64,000 nt of DNA from assembly GCA_963813535.1 (NCBI GenBank), contig CAWEZH010000001.1, positions 1 to 64,000 of the forward strand. Direction: 5' to 3'. The position numbers were made by a program, and so were the translations under genes. Below are positions 17,934 through 28,005 of this stretch, piece after piece. This stretch comes from an uncultured Chloroflexia bacterium (GTDB lineage Bacteria; Chloroflexota; Limnocylindria; Limnocylindrales; CSP1-4). Position 1 is the first letter of the stretch; each line of letters starts with the position of its first letter. Below the pieces are notes generated by a model. The model was not told where the DNA came from. It worked only from the letters and a program-made list of their open reading frames with translations, and did no database searches.

Positions 17934-19279
17934 CGGGCCGGCTCGAGGGGCGGCTCATCGGGCTGGGGGTCACCGGGTCGATCGCCGCATACAAGGCCGT
18001 CGAGCTGCTCCGGCTCCTCCGGGCCGAGGGCGCCGACGTCGTCGCCATGCTCACCCCGGCGGCGACCGCCTTCGTCGGGCCCCTGACCTTCGAAGCCTTG
18101 TCGCGCCACGCCGTCGAGACGGACGTCCTCGCCCTGCTCCCCGACGGTCGGATCGGGCACATCGTCGTCGCGGATACCGCCGATGCCATCGTCGTGGCCC
18201 CGGCCACGGCGCACTGGCTGGGCGCGATGGCCGGCGGGTTGTCCGGGGACGTCGTGACCGCGACGACGCTCGCGACGAGCGCACCGGTGGTCGTGGCGCC
18301 GGCGATGGACGGCGACATGTGGACGCATCGGGCCACCCGCGACAACGTCGCCCGGCTGCGCGACGACTTCTCGTACAGGATCGTGGAGCCAGAGGCCGGC
18401 GAGCTGGCCTCGGGCCAATCTGGCGTGGGACGGCTCGCCGAGCTGCCGGCCATCGTCGACGCGGTGGTGGCTGTCATCGGCTCGCGACCGGTGCGAGCTC
18501 CGGATGCCGCTGCGCGACCGCCGACCGTCGAGCCGCCGAGGGAGGCCGATCTGTCCGGTCGCCACATCGTCGTCAGCGCCGGTGGGACGCGAGAAGTGAT
18601 CGACCCGGTCCGCTTCATCGGCAACCGATCGACCGGCAAGATGGGCGTCGCGATCGCGGACGCAGCGCTGGCGCGTGGCGCACGGGTCACCCTCGTCGCC
18701 GCCGACATCGAGGTGACGCCGCCGCCCGGCGCGACCACCATGCGCGTCGAGACCGCGGCCGAGATGCGCGCCGCCCTCCATCGACTCACCCACGCCGACG
18801 ATGGACGGGCGGGCTTCGATGCGCTCGTCATGGCAGCGGCGGTCGGCGATTTCCGGCCGTCGAACCCCGCCGGCACGAAGCTCAAGCGTGGCGCCGGTCT
18901 GACCCTCGAGCTCGAGCCGACACCAGACATCCTCGCCCAGCTCGCGCGGATCGCGCGGGGGACCGATCGTGAGGGCGAGACCACGTATGAGCCGATGGCG
19001 CCCCGCCCATTCCTCGTCGGGTTCGCGGCGGAGACCGGTTCGCTGGACCGCGCGGAGGACAAGCTCCGCCGCAAGGGCATCGACCTCCTGGTCGCGAACG
19101 ACGTCGCAGAGCCGGGCTCGGGGTTCGGGACCGACACGAACCGCGTCACGATCCTCGACGCCGACGGTCAGCGCGACGAGCTGCCGCTCATGCCCAAGCG
19201 GGCGGTCGCCGAGCGCATCCTCGACCGCGTCGCCCGCGCGCTGGACGACCGCGATGCCGCAGCGCAGACTGCCGATTGA
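17930..19279 (+). CDS. coaBC: Bifunctional phosphopantothenoylcysteine decarboxylase/synthetase
   Basis: GVTGSIAAYK, DPVRFIGNRSTGKMG, GFAAET and VANDV. Confidence 0.95.
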   Translation: MTGRLEGRLIGLGVTGSIAAYKAVELLRLLRAEGADVVAMLTPAATAFVGPLTFEALSRHAVETDVLALLPDGRIGHIVVADTADAIVVAPATAHWLGAMAGGLSGDVVTATTLATSAPVVVAPAMDGDMWTHRATRDNVARLRDDFSYRIVEPEAGELASGQSGVGRLAELPAIVDAVVAVIGSRPVRAPDAAARPPTVEPPREADLSGRHIVVSAGGTREVIDPVRFIGNRSTGKMGVAIADAALARGARVTLVAADIEVTPPPGATTMRVETAAEMRAALHRLTHADDGRAGFDALVMAAAVGDFRPSNPAGTKLKRGAGLTLELEPTPDILAQLARIARGTDREGETTYEPMAPRPFLVGFAAETGSLDRAEDKLRRKGIDLLVANDVAEPGSGFGTDTNRVTILDADGQRDELPLMPKRAVAERILDRVARALDDRDAAAQTAD

Positions 19280-19280
19280 T

Positions 19281-20198
19281 ATGAGCGCACCGACCGACTC
19301 CCCCCGCCGACTGACGACCGCCGATATCGCCAAGCGCTACGCGGACGGCGAGCCCTTGCCGATGCTGACCGCGTACGACTACCCGACCGCGAGGATCATC
19401 GACGATGCCGGGATCCCGCTGATCCTGGTCGGCGACTCGCTCGGACAGGTGTTGCTCGGCTACGAGTCGACCGTCCGCGTGACGATGACCGAGATGCTCC
19501 ACCACACCAAGGCCGTCGTTCGTGGCACGCGCCAGGCCTTGGTCATCGGCGACATGCCGTTCCTGACGTACGCGTCGGTCGACGAGGCGCTCGACAATGC
19601 CGGCCGGTTCCTCCAGGAGGCCGGCGCCCAGGCCGTCAAGGTCGAGGGTGGCGTCAGGTCGGCCCGCATCATCGAGGCCATGGTCAAGGCCGGCATCCCG
19701 GTGATGGGCCACATCGGCTGGACCCCGCAGGCACAGCACGGTCTGGGCGGCAAGGTCAAGGTCCAGGGCAAGGACCGCAACCAGGCCCGCGCCATACTGG
19801 CCGACGCGTTGGCGGTCCAGGAGGCCGGGGCGTTCTCGATCGTCGTCGAGCTGGTTCCGGCGCAACTGGCCGGTGCGATCACGGATCGCCTCCGCATCCC
19901 GACCATCGGCATCGGGGCGGGTCCGCTGTGCAGCGGCCAGGTCCAGGTCGTGACCGACCTGCTCGGGCTGGGCGATTTCATCCCCCGGCACGCCCGGCCG
20001 TATGCGAACCTGCGCGAGACGATCGGTCAGGCGGCACGATCGTTCGCTGAGGACGTGGCGGCGGGCACGTTCCCGGGCGATGCAGAGACGATCCGCATGG
20101 ACGACGCGGTCCTCGACGAGGCGCTCGGGCGAGGTGCCTCCGACCGTGCGAGCTCCGAGGCGCCGATGGCGGGGATCCCGCTCGACCGCGACCTCTGA
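19281..20198 (+). CDS. panB: 3-methyl-2-oxobutanoate hydroxymethyltransferase
   Basis: LTAYDY, LVGDSLG, AVKVEGG and TIGIGAG. Confidence 0.97.
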   Translation: MSAPTDSPRRLTTADIAKRYADGEPLPMLTAYDYPTARIIDDAGIPLILVGDSLGQVLLGYESTVRVTMTEMLHHTKAVVRGTRQALVIGDMPFLTYASVDEALDNAGRFLQEAGAQAVKVEGGVRSARIIEAMVKAGIPVMGHIGWTPQAQHGLGGKVKVQGKDRNQARAILADALAVQEAGAFSIVVELVPAQLAGAITDRLRIPTIGIGAGPLCSGQVQVVTDLLGLGDFIPRHARPYANLRETIGQAARSFAEDVAAGTFPGDAETIRMDDAVLDEALGRGASDRASSEAPMAGIPLDRDL

Positions 20199-20264
20199 AT
20201 CCTCGGGCCGATGGCTTCGGCGGGGCTCAGCCTCGAACCTCGGAGAGCGAGCGGCAGTTGACCG
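20198..20264. repeat. Dispersed REP-like element, copy 2
   Basis: Homologous to 1064-1159; the minus strand contains the hairpin GGCTGAGCCCCGCCGAAGCC. Confidence 0.7.
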
Positions 20265-20314
20265 CTGAGGGTGCCAACACACCTGTCGTAGACGGAGCGG
20301 CCCAGCCTCGCGCC

Positions 20315-21205
20315 ATGACTCGTGTCGTGCGGACGCGAGCCGACCTCCGCGAGGCCCTCGCCGATGCCCCACGCCCGCTGGGTCTCGTCACGACGATGGG
20401 CTGGCTGCACGAGGGTCACCGGGCGCTGATGCGACGGGCTCGGGACGAGAGCGCGACGACGGTCGTGACGATCTTCGTCAACCCGCGGCAGTTCAACGAG
20501 CCGTCCGACTACACGCGCTATCCGCGCAACGAGGCGCACGACATCGCGATCTGCGAGTCCGAGGGCGTCGACATCGTCTTCGCACCCGACGTCGAGGAGG
20601 TGTATCCGCCGGGGTTCGACACCGTCGTGTCGGTCGGGGCGGTCTCCGAACCCCTTGAGGGCGCCGCCCGACCTGGCCATTTCGATGGCGTCGCCACCGT
20701 CGTCGCGATCATCTTCGGCCTGGTCGGCGCAGACCGCGCCTACTTCGGTCAGAAGGACGCCCAGCAGGTCATGGTCATCCGGCAGATGGCGCGCGACCTC
20801 GCACTGCCGACGGAGGTCGTCAGCTGCCCCACGATCCGGGAACCGGACGGCGTCGCGATGTCGTCGCGCAACGTCCACCTGTCGAACGAAGAGCGCGCTG
20901 CGGCCGCGGTCCTGCGGCGAGCGTTGATCGCGGCGCGCGACGCGTGGTCGGACGGCGAGCGGTCCGGCGAGGTGCTGCGCGCGACGATGCGCGACGTGCT
21001 CGCGACCGAGCCGCTGGCGAAGGTCGAGTACGTCTCGGTCGCCGATGGTCGGACGTTCGTCGAGCTCGACAGGGTCGATGGCCCCGCCCTCGCGTCGCTG
21101 GCGGTCGGCTTCGGCGAGACCCGGCTCATCGACAACGAGATCCTGGATGCGTCGGCCGAGGACGATCCGGGAACCGAAGTCCGACCGCAGGTGTACGGAG
21201 GCTGA
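20315..21205 (+). CDS. panC: Pantoate--beta-alanine ligase
   Basis: TMGWLHEGH, FVNPRQF, RPGHFDGV, FGQKDAQQ, MSSRN and RLIDN. Confidence 0.96.
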   Translation: MTRVVRTRADLREALADAPRPLGLVTTMGWLHEGHRALMRRARDESATTVVTIFVNPRQFNEPSDYTRYPRNEAHDIAICESEGVDIVFAPDVEEVYPPGFDTVVSVGAVSEPLEGAARPGHFDGVATVVAIIFGLVGADRAYFGQKDAQQVMVIRQMARDLALPTEVVSCPTIREPDGVAMSSRNVHLSNEERAAAAVLRRALIAARDAWSDGERSGEVLRATMRDVLATEPLAKVEYVSVADGRTFVELDRVDGPALASLAVGFGETRLIDNEILDASAEDDPGTEVRPQVYGG

Positions 21206-21231
21206 CACCACTCGCTGCGAGGTCATCGGCC

Positions 21232-21822
21232 ATGTCGCGTCGCACCACGATCCCGGGCATCCTCCTCGGCGTCATCGCCGTCCTGTCCCTGGCGCTTCCT
21301 GCCCTCGCGAAGGAGGGGGCGGAGGCGATGCTCGACACGGAGATCCCCCGCGACGCGCAACCCGGCTCCACGATCGACGTCGGCTGGTCGGTCTTCTCGG
21401 TGTCCGGCACCGAGCGACAGCCGATGTACGGCTCACCCGTGTACATCCGGCTCGTGTCGGTCGACCGGACCACCTCGACCGAGGTCATGGGGACCGAGTC
21501 GCCCTCCGGGTCGGGCCACTACGTCGCATCCATCGAGGTGCCCGCGGGTGGCATCGGCGAGGTCGTCGTCGGGCTCGTGGGCGAGGCATGCAGCGCCAGC
21601 GGCTGCGAGCGGTCCGACATGATCTTCCCGTTGACGGACGACGTGTTGGTGACCGGTGCGGCGCCCGTGGCGCCTCCACCCGTCAGCACGCCGAATGCGC
21701 CGATGGGCGTCCAGCTGCTGCCGCTGGTGGGGCTCGGTGTCGGGTTCGCGATCGTCGGCGGGCTGGCGGCGCTGCTGATCGGCCGGCGGCGGCTGCTCGG
21801 GGCGGATCCCACGGGCCGCTGA
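21232..21822 (+). CDS. Hypothetical exported protein with C-terminal membrane anchor
   Basis: Signal peptide ending ALA-K, beta-rich domain, Pro-rich linker, TM helix followed by RRR. Confidence 0.75.
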   Translation: MSRRTTIPGILLGVIAVLSLALPALAKEGAEAMLDTEIPRDAQPGSTIDVGWSVFSVSGTERQPMYGSPVYIRLVSVDRTTSTEVMGTESPSGSGHYVASIEVPAGGIGEVVVGLVGEACSASGCERSDMIFPLTDDVLVTGAAPVAPPPVSTPNAPMGVQLLPLVGLGVGFAIVGGLAALLIGRRRLLGADPTGR

Positions 21823-21893
21823 CACTGGACGCCCTGGACGACTGACGGCGGCGGCGCGGGTCGCGGCCCCGGCCCGCGCCACCGACCGGACCC

Positions 21894-23003
21894 TTACGCG
21901 GCGACCTCGACCTCGGCTGCGACTTCCAGGACACGATCGATGAACAGGTGCTCCCAGACGAGCGCCTTGATCTCGTCGATCTTCTCGCGGTCGGCGACAT
22001 GCGTCTTGACCAGCAGGTCGTGGATCTCCGACGCGACCGCATAGGTGTCCTCGGGCACGATCGTCGCGAACAGGTCCGCGTGGCGGATGGCGTCGATGAC
22101 GGCCTGCCGCGGCCGATAGCCGCCGGTCAGCACCAGCCCGAGAGCGTCGCCGGCGGCCGGTGCCTTGATCCGATGCGCGTGGACGATCGCCGCGATCACG
22201 TCGTCTCGATCGCCCGGGACGATGACCAGCGACCGCTCCCCGATGCGCTGGAGCATGTGGTGCGGCTCCATCGCGCCGATCGCGACACCGCCGATGACCT
22301 GGTCCAGGTCGGGGCCCGGATGGATCGTCTCGCCATGCACGCCCTCGAGGACCATCGCCAACGTCGGGTTGGACAGGATCGGCCGGTACGGCAGCACGCC
22401 GAGGAGCTGGATGTCGTGGCGGGCCAGGCCGCGCTCGAGCGTCCGTGCGAGGTCGGGCTTGGCGACGAGGTCGACCTTGTTCACGATCGCCCCCGCGACA
22501 CGAACGCCGGAGCGTTCGAACAGGGCCTTGTTGAGGACGATCTCGTCGATCGGGCGACCGACGCCGCCCTCCGAGACGATCACGGCCGGCGAGCCGAGCA
22601 TCGCGGCAACGACCGCGTTCGACAGGCCGATCACGGCGCCGACGCCCGCATGACCCGTGCCCTCGATGAGCAGGATCTCGCGTTCACGGGCGAACTGTGC
22701 GTGTGCGGCTCGGATCCGGGCGGGCAGGTCCTCGACGACCTTGCCGTCGATGTACGACTGCGTGAACCCGCGGGGGATGTGGACCGGGCTCATCTGGGTC
22801 AGCGGCTCATGGAGACCGAAGACGGTCCTCATGAGCACCGCATCCTCATCGGCCGGGACGCCGTCCTGGATGACCGTGCGCTGGCCGACGGGCTTGATGA
22901 ACCCGGTCGACAGACCGCGCCGCTGGAACCCATCCAGCACGCCGAGGCTGACCGTGGTCTTGCCGCGGTTCTGGCCAGTAGCGGCCAGGTATATGTGCCG
23001 CAT
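21894..23003 (-). CDS. Stand-alone Pta N-terminal-like protein (BioD-like AAA_26 + DRTGG domain)
   Basis: ATGQNRGKTT, FIKPVG, LIEGTGH, PGDRDD and LVLTGG; no Pta catalytic domain. Confidence 0.88.
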   Translation of the reverse strand: MRHIYLAATGQNRGKTTVSLGVLDGFQRRGLSTGFIKPVGQRTVIQDGVPADEDAVLMRTVFGLHEPLTQMSPVHIPRGFTQSYIDGKVVEDLPARIRAAHAQFAREREILLIEGTGHAGVGAVIGLSNAVVAAMLGSPAVIVSEGGVGRPIDEIVLNKALFERSGVRVAGAIVNKVDLVAKPDLARTLERGLARHDIQLLGVLPYRPILSNPTLAMVLEGVHGETIHPGPDLDQVIGGVAIGAMEPHHMLQRIGERSLVIVPGDRDDVIAAIVHAHRIKAPAAGDALGLVLTGGYRPRQAVIDAIRHADLFATIVPEDTYAVASEIHDLLVKTHVADREKIDEIKALVWEHLFIDRVLEVAAEVEVAA

Positions 23004-23021
23004 CGCCGTTGCGGCCTGCCG

Positions 23022-23627
23022 CTAGCCGTGAGCCCCGGTCTTGCGCTCGACCAGGCCCAGGGCGTCCCGCAATCGGGCGACCGTCTCGGCGTCCACCGCG
23101 TCGGACTCCAGGTACGGGCCGAGACGTTCGAGGATGTCGGTCACGAGGCCGAGGAAGACGCTTGCGTCGGCCACGAAGAACTGCGGCTCGTTGTTGTAGC
23201 GCACGAGCGTGAGGCGACCTTGCAGGACCCGCCGCTCCTCGACATGGGCCACCTGGGTCGCGAAGTTGTGACCCTGGATCCCGTCGGGGTTGTTCAGGAA
23301 GTTGAGGGCATTGTCGATCGCCAGACCGAATCGGGCCCGCCAGGCGACGAGTCGCTCGTGGACCTCGGACGGGATGCGGACCTCCGCGACCTCGTCGAAG
23401 ACCTCGGGCGCGACCGTCAGCAATCCCACCAGCGTGGTCCCCGCGCGCGGACCGAGCATCACCTGGAGGCTGCGCTCGAGGGTGAAGACTTCGGAGTCGA
23501 AGCGCGGGCTGGTGATGACGTCGGTCAGCAGGTCCTCGACGTTGTCGAGGACACCCGGCTCTCCGACAGCATTGGAGAGGTGGAGGATCTCCTCCTTGAA
23601 CAGGAACTTCTCTTCATGGTCTAGCAC
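23022..23627 (-). CDS. Hypothetical protein (about 201 aa)
   Basis: Normal composition from VLDHEEKFLF onward; TGcTACCAT 7 nt before GTG 23627. Confidence 0.75.
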   Translation of the reverse strand: MLDHEEKFLFKEEILHLSNAVGEPGVLDNVEDLLTDVITSPRFDSEVFTLERSLQVMLGPRAGTTLVGLLTVAPEVFDEVAEVRIPSEVHERLVAWRARFGLAIDNALNFLNNPDGIQGHNFATQVAHVEERRVLQGRLTLVRYNNEPQFFVADASVFLGLVTDILERLGPYLESDAVDAETVARLRDALGLVERKTGAHG

Positions 23628-23658
23628 GGCGGCGATGGTAGCACCGCGTCCCGGGCGC

Positions 23659-24234
23659 TCAGAGTCCGAAGCCGGACGGCTCGGCCAGATCCGGGTGCGT
23701 GCGTTCGAATTCGCGCGCGGCGGCCAGCGTGCGGACCCATTCGTAGTACACGCCCTTGGCGTGGCTGACGATCCCGCCGGCGTCGGCGATGCGGCGGAGC
23801 CCATGGTCGTGCATGGCACCCGGGGAGTAGGTGGCATCGGACACGACCACGACGCGCATGCCGCGATCGAGCAGCCCCAACGCGGAGTGGGCGACGCACA
23901 CATCGGTCTCCATCCCGACGAGCACCGCGGTGTGCCGCCCGGTCGCCTCGACAGCGGCGCGGATCTCGCGATCGTCGGCCAGGCCGAACACAGGCTTGAC
24001 GAGGACCGGCGTGCCGGACGGCAGGTTCGCAGCGATGTCGGCGTTCGTGGGGCCGTTCCGCTCCACGTCCTCCTCCGTCACGACCACCGGCACGTCCAGC
24101 GCCGCGGCGACCCCGACGAGCCACGCGATCCGGGCAAGGATGTCGGGGACACGCTCGTCCGGGATCCGATGGAAGCCTGGCTGGGCGTCCACGACGACCA
24201 GCAGCGAGTCGGAACGCTCGAGCAACCGGGACAT
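23659..24234 (-). CDS. Isochorismatase-family cysteine hydrolase
   Basis: Asp-Lys-Cys triad in VVDAQ, VKPVF and GMETDVCV. Confidence 0.9.
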   Translation of the reverse strand: MSRLLERSDSLLVVVDAQPGFHRIPDERVPDILARIAWLVGVAAALDVPVVVTEEDVERNGPTNADIAANLPSGTPVLVKPVFGLADDREIRAAVEATGRHTAVLVGMETDVCVAHSALGLLDRGMRVVVVSDATYSPGAMHDHGLRRIADAGGIVSHAKGVYYEWVRTLAAAREFERTHPDLAEPSGFGL

Positions 24235-24258
24235 CGGCGGCGACGGCTGCGCCGGCCG

Positions 24259-25521
24259 CTACGGGTAGAGGCCGCGGAGCTCCATCGCGTCGGCGACGCG
24301 CTTGACCGCCACCAGGTAGGCCGCCGTGCGCATGTAGCACTGCTCGCGGCGGGCCACGGCCAGCGTCTCGCTGAACGCCTTGACCATGATCTCCTTGAGC
24401 TTCTCGTTGACCACCTTCTCGCTCCAGTGGTCGCGGTTGAGATCCTGGACCCACTCGAAGTAGCTCACCGTCACGCCGCCGGCGTTGCACAGGATGTCCG
24501 GGATCATGAACTTCGAGTTCTTCCAGAGGATCTCGTCGGCTTCCGGCGTCGTCGGGCCGTTGGCGGCCTCCGCGATGAGGCGGGCCTTGACGTTGCCGGC
24601 ATTGCTGGCCGTGATCTGATTCTCGAGAGCGGCCGGGATCAGGATGTCGCAGTCGACCTCGAGCAGCTCGGCATTGCTGATATCGGACGTGCCCGGGAAG
24701 CCCTGGACCGTGCCGTGCTCCTGCTTCCAGGCCACGACCTTGGCGATATCGAGACCGGTGGGATCGTGGATCCCGCCGGTCGAGTCGGAGACGGCGACGA
24801 CCGTCGAGCCCTCCTCGCCGATGAGTCGCGCGGCGATCGAGCCGGCGTTGCCGAAGCCCTGGACCGCCACCCGAGACTTGGACAACTCCATGCCGAGATG
24901 GCGGGCCGCCTCGATGATGCAGTAGACCGTTCCGCGCGCGGTCGCCTCATTGCGGCCTTCGGAGCCGCCCAGGCTGATCGGCTTGCCGGTGACCACTCCG
25001 GGGACGGTGTACCCGGCGTGCATCGAATACGTGTCCATCATCCAGGCCATGATCTGGGCGTTGGTGTTGACATCCGGCGCCGGGATGTCCTTCTCGGGCC
25101 CGACCAGCACCTCGATCTCGGTGAAGAACCGGCGGGTCAGTGCCTCGAGCTCCTTCTGGCTCAGGCGCTTCGGGTCGACGATCACCCCACCCTTGCCGCC
25201 GCCATAGGGGATGCCGACCACGGCGCATTTCCAGGTCATCCACATCGCGAGGGCCTTGACCTCGTCGAGCGACACGTCCTGGTGATAGCGGATGCCGCCC
25301 TTGGCCGGGCCCCGGCCGAGGTTGTGCTGGACGCGATAGCCCGTGAACACCTGGACCGATCCGTCGTCCATGTGGACCGGGAAGTGGACGGTGAACTCGC
25401 GGCGTGGCTCGCGTAGGACGAGACGCATGCCTGGATCGAGGTCGAGGCGCTCGGCGGCGAGATCGAACTGGCGCTGGGCGACTTCCCACGCGTTGATACG
25501 AGCGACCTGCTCAGTGGTCAT
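24259..25521 (-). CDS. gdhA: Glu/Leu/Phe/Val dehydrogenase (glutamate dehydrogenase)
   Basis: GPAKGGIRY, GGGKGG, DIPAPD, QGFGNAG, EAANGP and NAGGVTVSYFEW. Confidence 0.93.
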   Translation of the reverse strand: MTTEQVARINAWEVAQRQFDLAAERLDLDPGMRLVLREPRREFTVHFPVHMDDGSVQVFTGYRVQHNLGRGPAKGGIRYHQDVSLDEVKALAMWMTWKCAVVGIPYGGGKGGVIVDPKRLSQKELEALTRRFFTEIEVLVGPEKDIPAPDVNTNAQIMAWMMDTYSMHAGYTVPGVVTGKPISLGGSEGRNEATARGTVYCIIEAARHLGMELSKSRVAVQGFGNAGSIAARLIGEEGSTVVAVSDSTGGIHDPTGLDIAKVVAWKQEHGTVQGFPGTSDISNAELLEVDCDILIPAALENQITASNAGNVKARLIAEAANGPTTPEADEILWKNSKFMIPDILCNAGGVTVSYFEWVQDLNRDHWSEKVVNEKLKEIMVKAFSETLAVARREQCYMRTAAYLVAVKRVADAMELRGLYP

Positions 25522-25775
25522 GGAAGGAGAGGCCTCCGTGTCGGGCGGCCGTCGGCGGACGCCTCGTCGGTGTGGGTCGTCTCCCGGACGACCCCACGGG
25601 GCGCGTCGACCGGAACGAGGTCCATCGGCCTGGTCCGCGACGCGCGACTCATATGCGTCCGGGAGTATAGCCGCAGGTGCCTCCCTGACGCCTGCCCGAT
25701 GGTACCGGTCGGCAAGGTTCTCGCAACCGAGTCGCAACCCGCGACCCCGTTGCAGCTCCGTGTCGGTGCCGGGCT

Positions 25776-26627
25776 CTAGCCGGGTCGATAGAGGATGGCC
25801 GCCCCGACGCAACCCGGGCCCACGTGGGGCCCGACCGAGGGGCCGACGAGCTCCGTCGTCACGGCGGCCGGATCGAAGCCGGGCAGGCGGGCGAGCAGCT
25901 CGTCCCGGAACGCCTCGACGTCGGGGGTCACGGAATGCAGGATCGACAAACGCTCGACCGGCTTCTCGACCACGAGCTCGATGAGCCGGTCGCGAGCCTT
26001 CGAGCGCGTGCGCACCCGGTCGATCGTCGTGACCTCGCCATGCTTGAGCATGATCACCGGCTTGACCGACAGGAGCGACCCGATGGCTGCCTGCGCGCCG
26101 CTGATCCGACCGCCTCTGCGGAGGTATTCGAGCGTGTCGAGGGCGAAGTAGATGCGCAGGTCCTGGGCGCGCTCGTCGAGGTCGGCGGCGATCTCCTCGG
26201 CCGGGACGTCGGCCTCGGCGAGCTCGATGCCCATGCGGGCCAGGATGCCGATGGCCATCGACGCGCTGAGCGTGTCCACGACGTGGATCTCGCGATCGGG
26301 CAGCATGTCGCGGGCGATGCGGGCGCTCTTGATCGTGCCCGACAACGTCTCGGCCACGTGGACCGACACGATCGCCGCGGCGCCCGCGGCGAAGGCCGCC
26401 TCGTAGGCATCCTTGAAGTCACCCGGCGACGACGCCGCGGTGGTCGGGAACGGGGCATCGGGCGCCGTCATGCGGTCCCAGAAGGCCGGGCCGGACAGGT
26501 CGACGCCGGCGCGGAACGACTGGTCCCCGAAGTTGACGATCAACGGCACGACGTGGATGCCCGACGCCGCGGCGTCCGCCGGGTCGAGGTCGGACGCGGA
26601 GTCGGTGAAGATCGCGACGCGAGCCAC
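25776..26627 (-). CDS. DegV-family fatty acid-binding protein
   Basis: IFTDSASDL, LSGT, LEYLRRGGRI and VGPHVGPG; AGGAGGAG RBS. Confidence 0.93.
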   Translation of the reverse strand: MARVAIFTDSASDLDPADAAASGIHVVPLIVNFGDQSFRAGVDLSGPAFWDRMTAPDAPFPTTAASSPGDFKDAYEAAFAAGAAAIVSVHVAETLSGTIKSARIARDMLPDREIHVVDTLSASMAIGILARMGIELAEADVPAEEIAADLDERAQDLRIYFALDTLEYLRRGGRISGAQAAIGSLLSVKPVIMLKHGEVTTIDRVRTRSKARDRLIELVVEKPVERLSILHSVTPDVEAFRDELLARLPGFDPAAVTTELVGPSVGPHVGPGCVGAAILYRPG

Positions 26628-26718
26628 GTGGGGAACTCCTCCTCCCGGTGGCCGGCGGGGCCGGCCGTTCGGGGCATGATACGGGCCGCGTCCAGCCGTT
26701 CCGGTACGCTTGCCCGGC

Positions 26719-28005
26719 ATGGATCGATCGATGTGGGCCGTGCTGGCCGGCACCTTCACGCTGCGCTTCAGCACCGGCCTCACCGGGGCCATGCTCGCGG
26801 TGTACCTCGCGACGCTGCCACAGCACGGCGGTCCGGAGGTCGACCCGATCGTCGTCGGCATCTTCTCGGCCACGTTCTTCCTTGCCGAGCTCGTCCTGTC
26901 GCCGATCTTCGGGGTCATGTCCGACCGACTCGGCCACCACCGGGTCATGCTGTTCGGACCAGCCTTCGGTGCGATCGCGGTCATCCTCACCGGGCTGACG
27001 ACCAACCTCGTCGTCCTCGGCGGGACGCGCTTGCTGGAGGGCGCGTCGACGGCGGCCAGCATCCCGTCGATCCTCGGCTTCATCGCGATCGTCACCGCCT
27101 TCGACGAGGGCCTGCGCGGCAAGATGTCGGCGCGGTTCGAGGGGGCGACGCTGCTGGGTCTCGGAGCCGGCTTCGCGGTCGCCCCGATCGCCTTCGCGAC
27201 GTTCGGCCCGACAGCGTTCTTCATGAATGCCGTGGTGTACGGCGTGTCCTTCCTCATCTTCTGGACCGTCAAGGATCCCGCCGGCGAGTCGGCGGCGATC
27301 AAGGCGCCGCACGTCGGGCTGCGGCGCTACGTCGAGCTGACGCGAAGCGCGCACGTCTGGCTCCTTGCCCCCACCTGGATCGCCGTCAACGCCTCGATCG
27401 GCCTGTGGTTCAGCCAGTCGATCTTCCAGTTCGCCAAGGCGAACCCGGAGTTCCCCGACCAGGTCCTGATGGGTGGTTTCACGGCCGTGCAGATCTCCGC
27501 GGCCGCGGTCGTCGTCGGGATCATCTTCGGCGCAGGCTTGCTCTATTGGGGCAACCGCTTCAAGAACCTGCGTCGCACGACGATCATCCTGTACGGCATC
27601 CTCGGCGGAGCCGCGCTGGTCGGGGCGGGCCTGGTCATCAACCACTCCGCCGGACTCGCCGTGCCTGTCGCGCTCGGCGCGGCCGCGGTGGCCGCCTTCG
27701 GGTTGTTCGTGATGGCAGGCGCGACACCGGCGGCGCTCGGGCTGCTGGCCGACATCTCCGAGCGCTTCCCCCACGACCGGGGGGCGATCATGGGCCTGTA
27801 CTCGGTGTTCCTGGCGATCGGCCAGATCATCGGCGCCCTCATCGGCGGTTTCGCGGCGGATGCGCGCGGCATCGACGGCATGCTGATCGCGACGGTCGCC
27901 TTGCTGGTGATCGCGCTTGTTCCGCTCGCCCAGTTGCGCCGCGACGAAGACGAGCTCGCGACCTTGCCACGGCCGTCCGACCAGCCGTCGGATCGGCCGG
28001 CATGA
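26719..28005 (+). CDS. MFS transporter
   Basis: 12 TM pattern with motif A (GVMSDRLG). Confidence 0.9.
   Translation: MDRSMWAVLAGTFTLRFSTGLTGAMLAVYLATLPQHGGPEVDPIVVGIFSATFFLAELVLSPIFGVMSDRLGHHRVMLFGPAFGAIAVILTGLTTNLVVLGGTRLLEGASTAASIPSILGFIAIVTAFDEGLRGKMSARFEGATLLGLGAGFAVAPIAFATFGPTAFFMNAVVYGVSFLIFWTVKDPAGESAAIKAPHVGLRRYVELTRSAHVWLLAPTWIAVNASIGLWFSQSIFQFAKANPEFPDQVLMGGFTAVQISAAAVVVGIIFGAGLLYWGNRFKNLRRTTIILYGILGGAALVGAGLVINHSAGLAVPVALGAAAVAAFGLFVMAGATPAALGLLADISERFPHDRGAIMGLYSVFLAIGQIIGALIGGFAADARGIDGMLIATVALLVIALVPLAQLRRDEDELATLPRPSDQPSDRPA

Noticed and set aside
16976-19333. Upstream part of the 931-aa minus ORF
   Set aside because: It is antisense to coaX/coaBC. Only the last 145 codons have an RBS and look coding.
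21845-21885. GC hairpin between convergent genes as an ncRNA
   Set aside because: Best explained as a terminator-like stem between convergent genes. There is no other support.
25824-28001. Apparent 1280-aa GGT fusion
   Set aside because: The N-terminal 726 codons overlap DegV and the MFS gene in other frames. The real ggt starts at ATG 28002.
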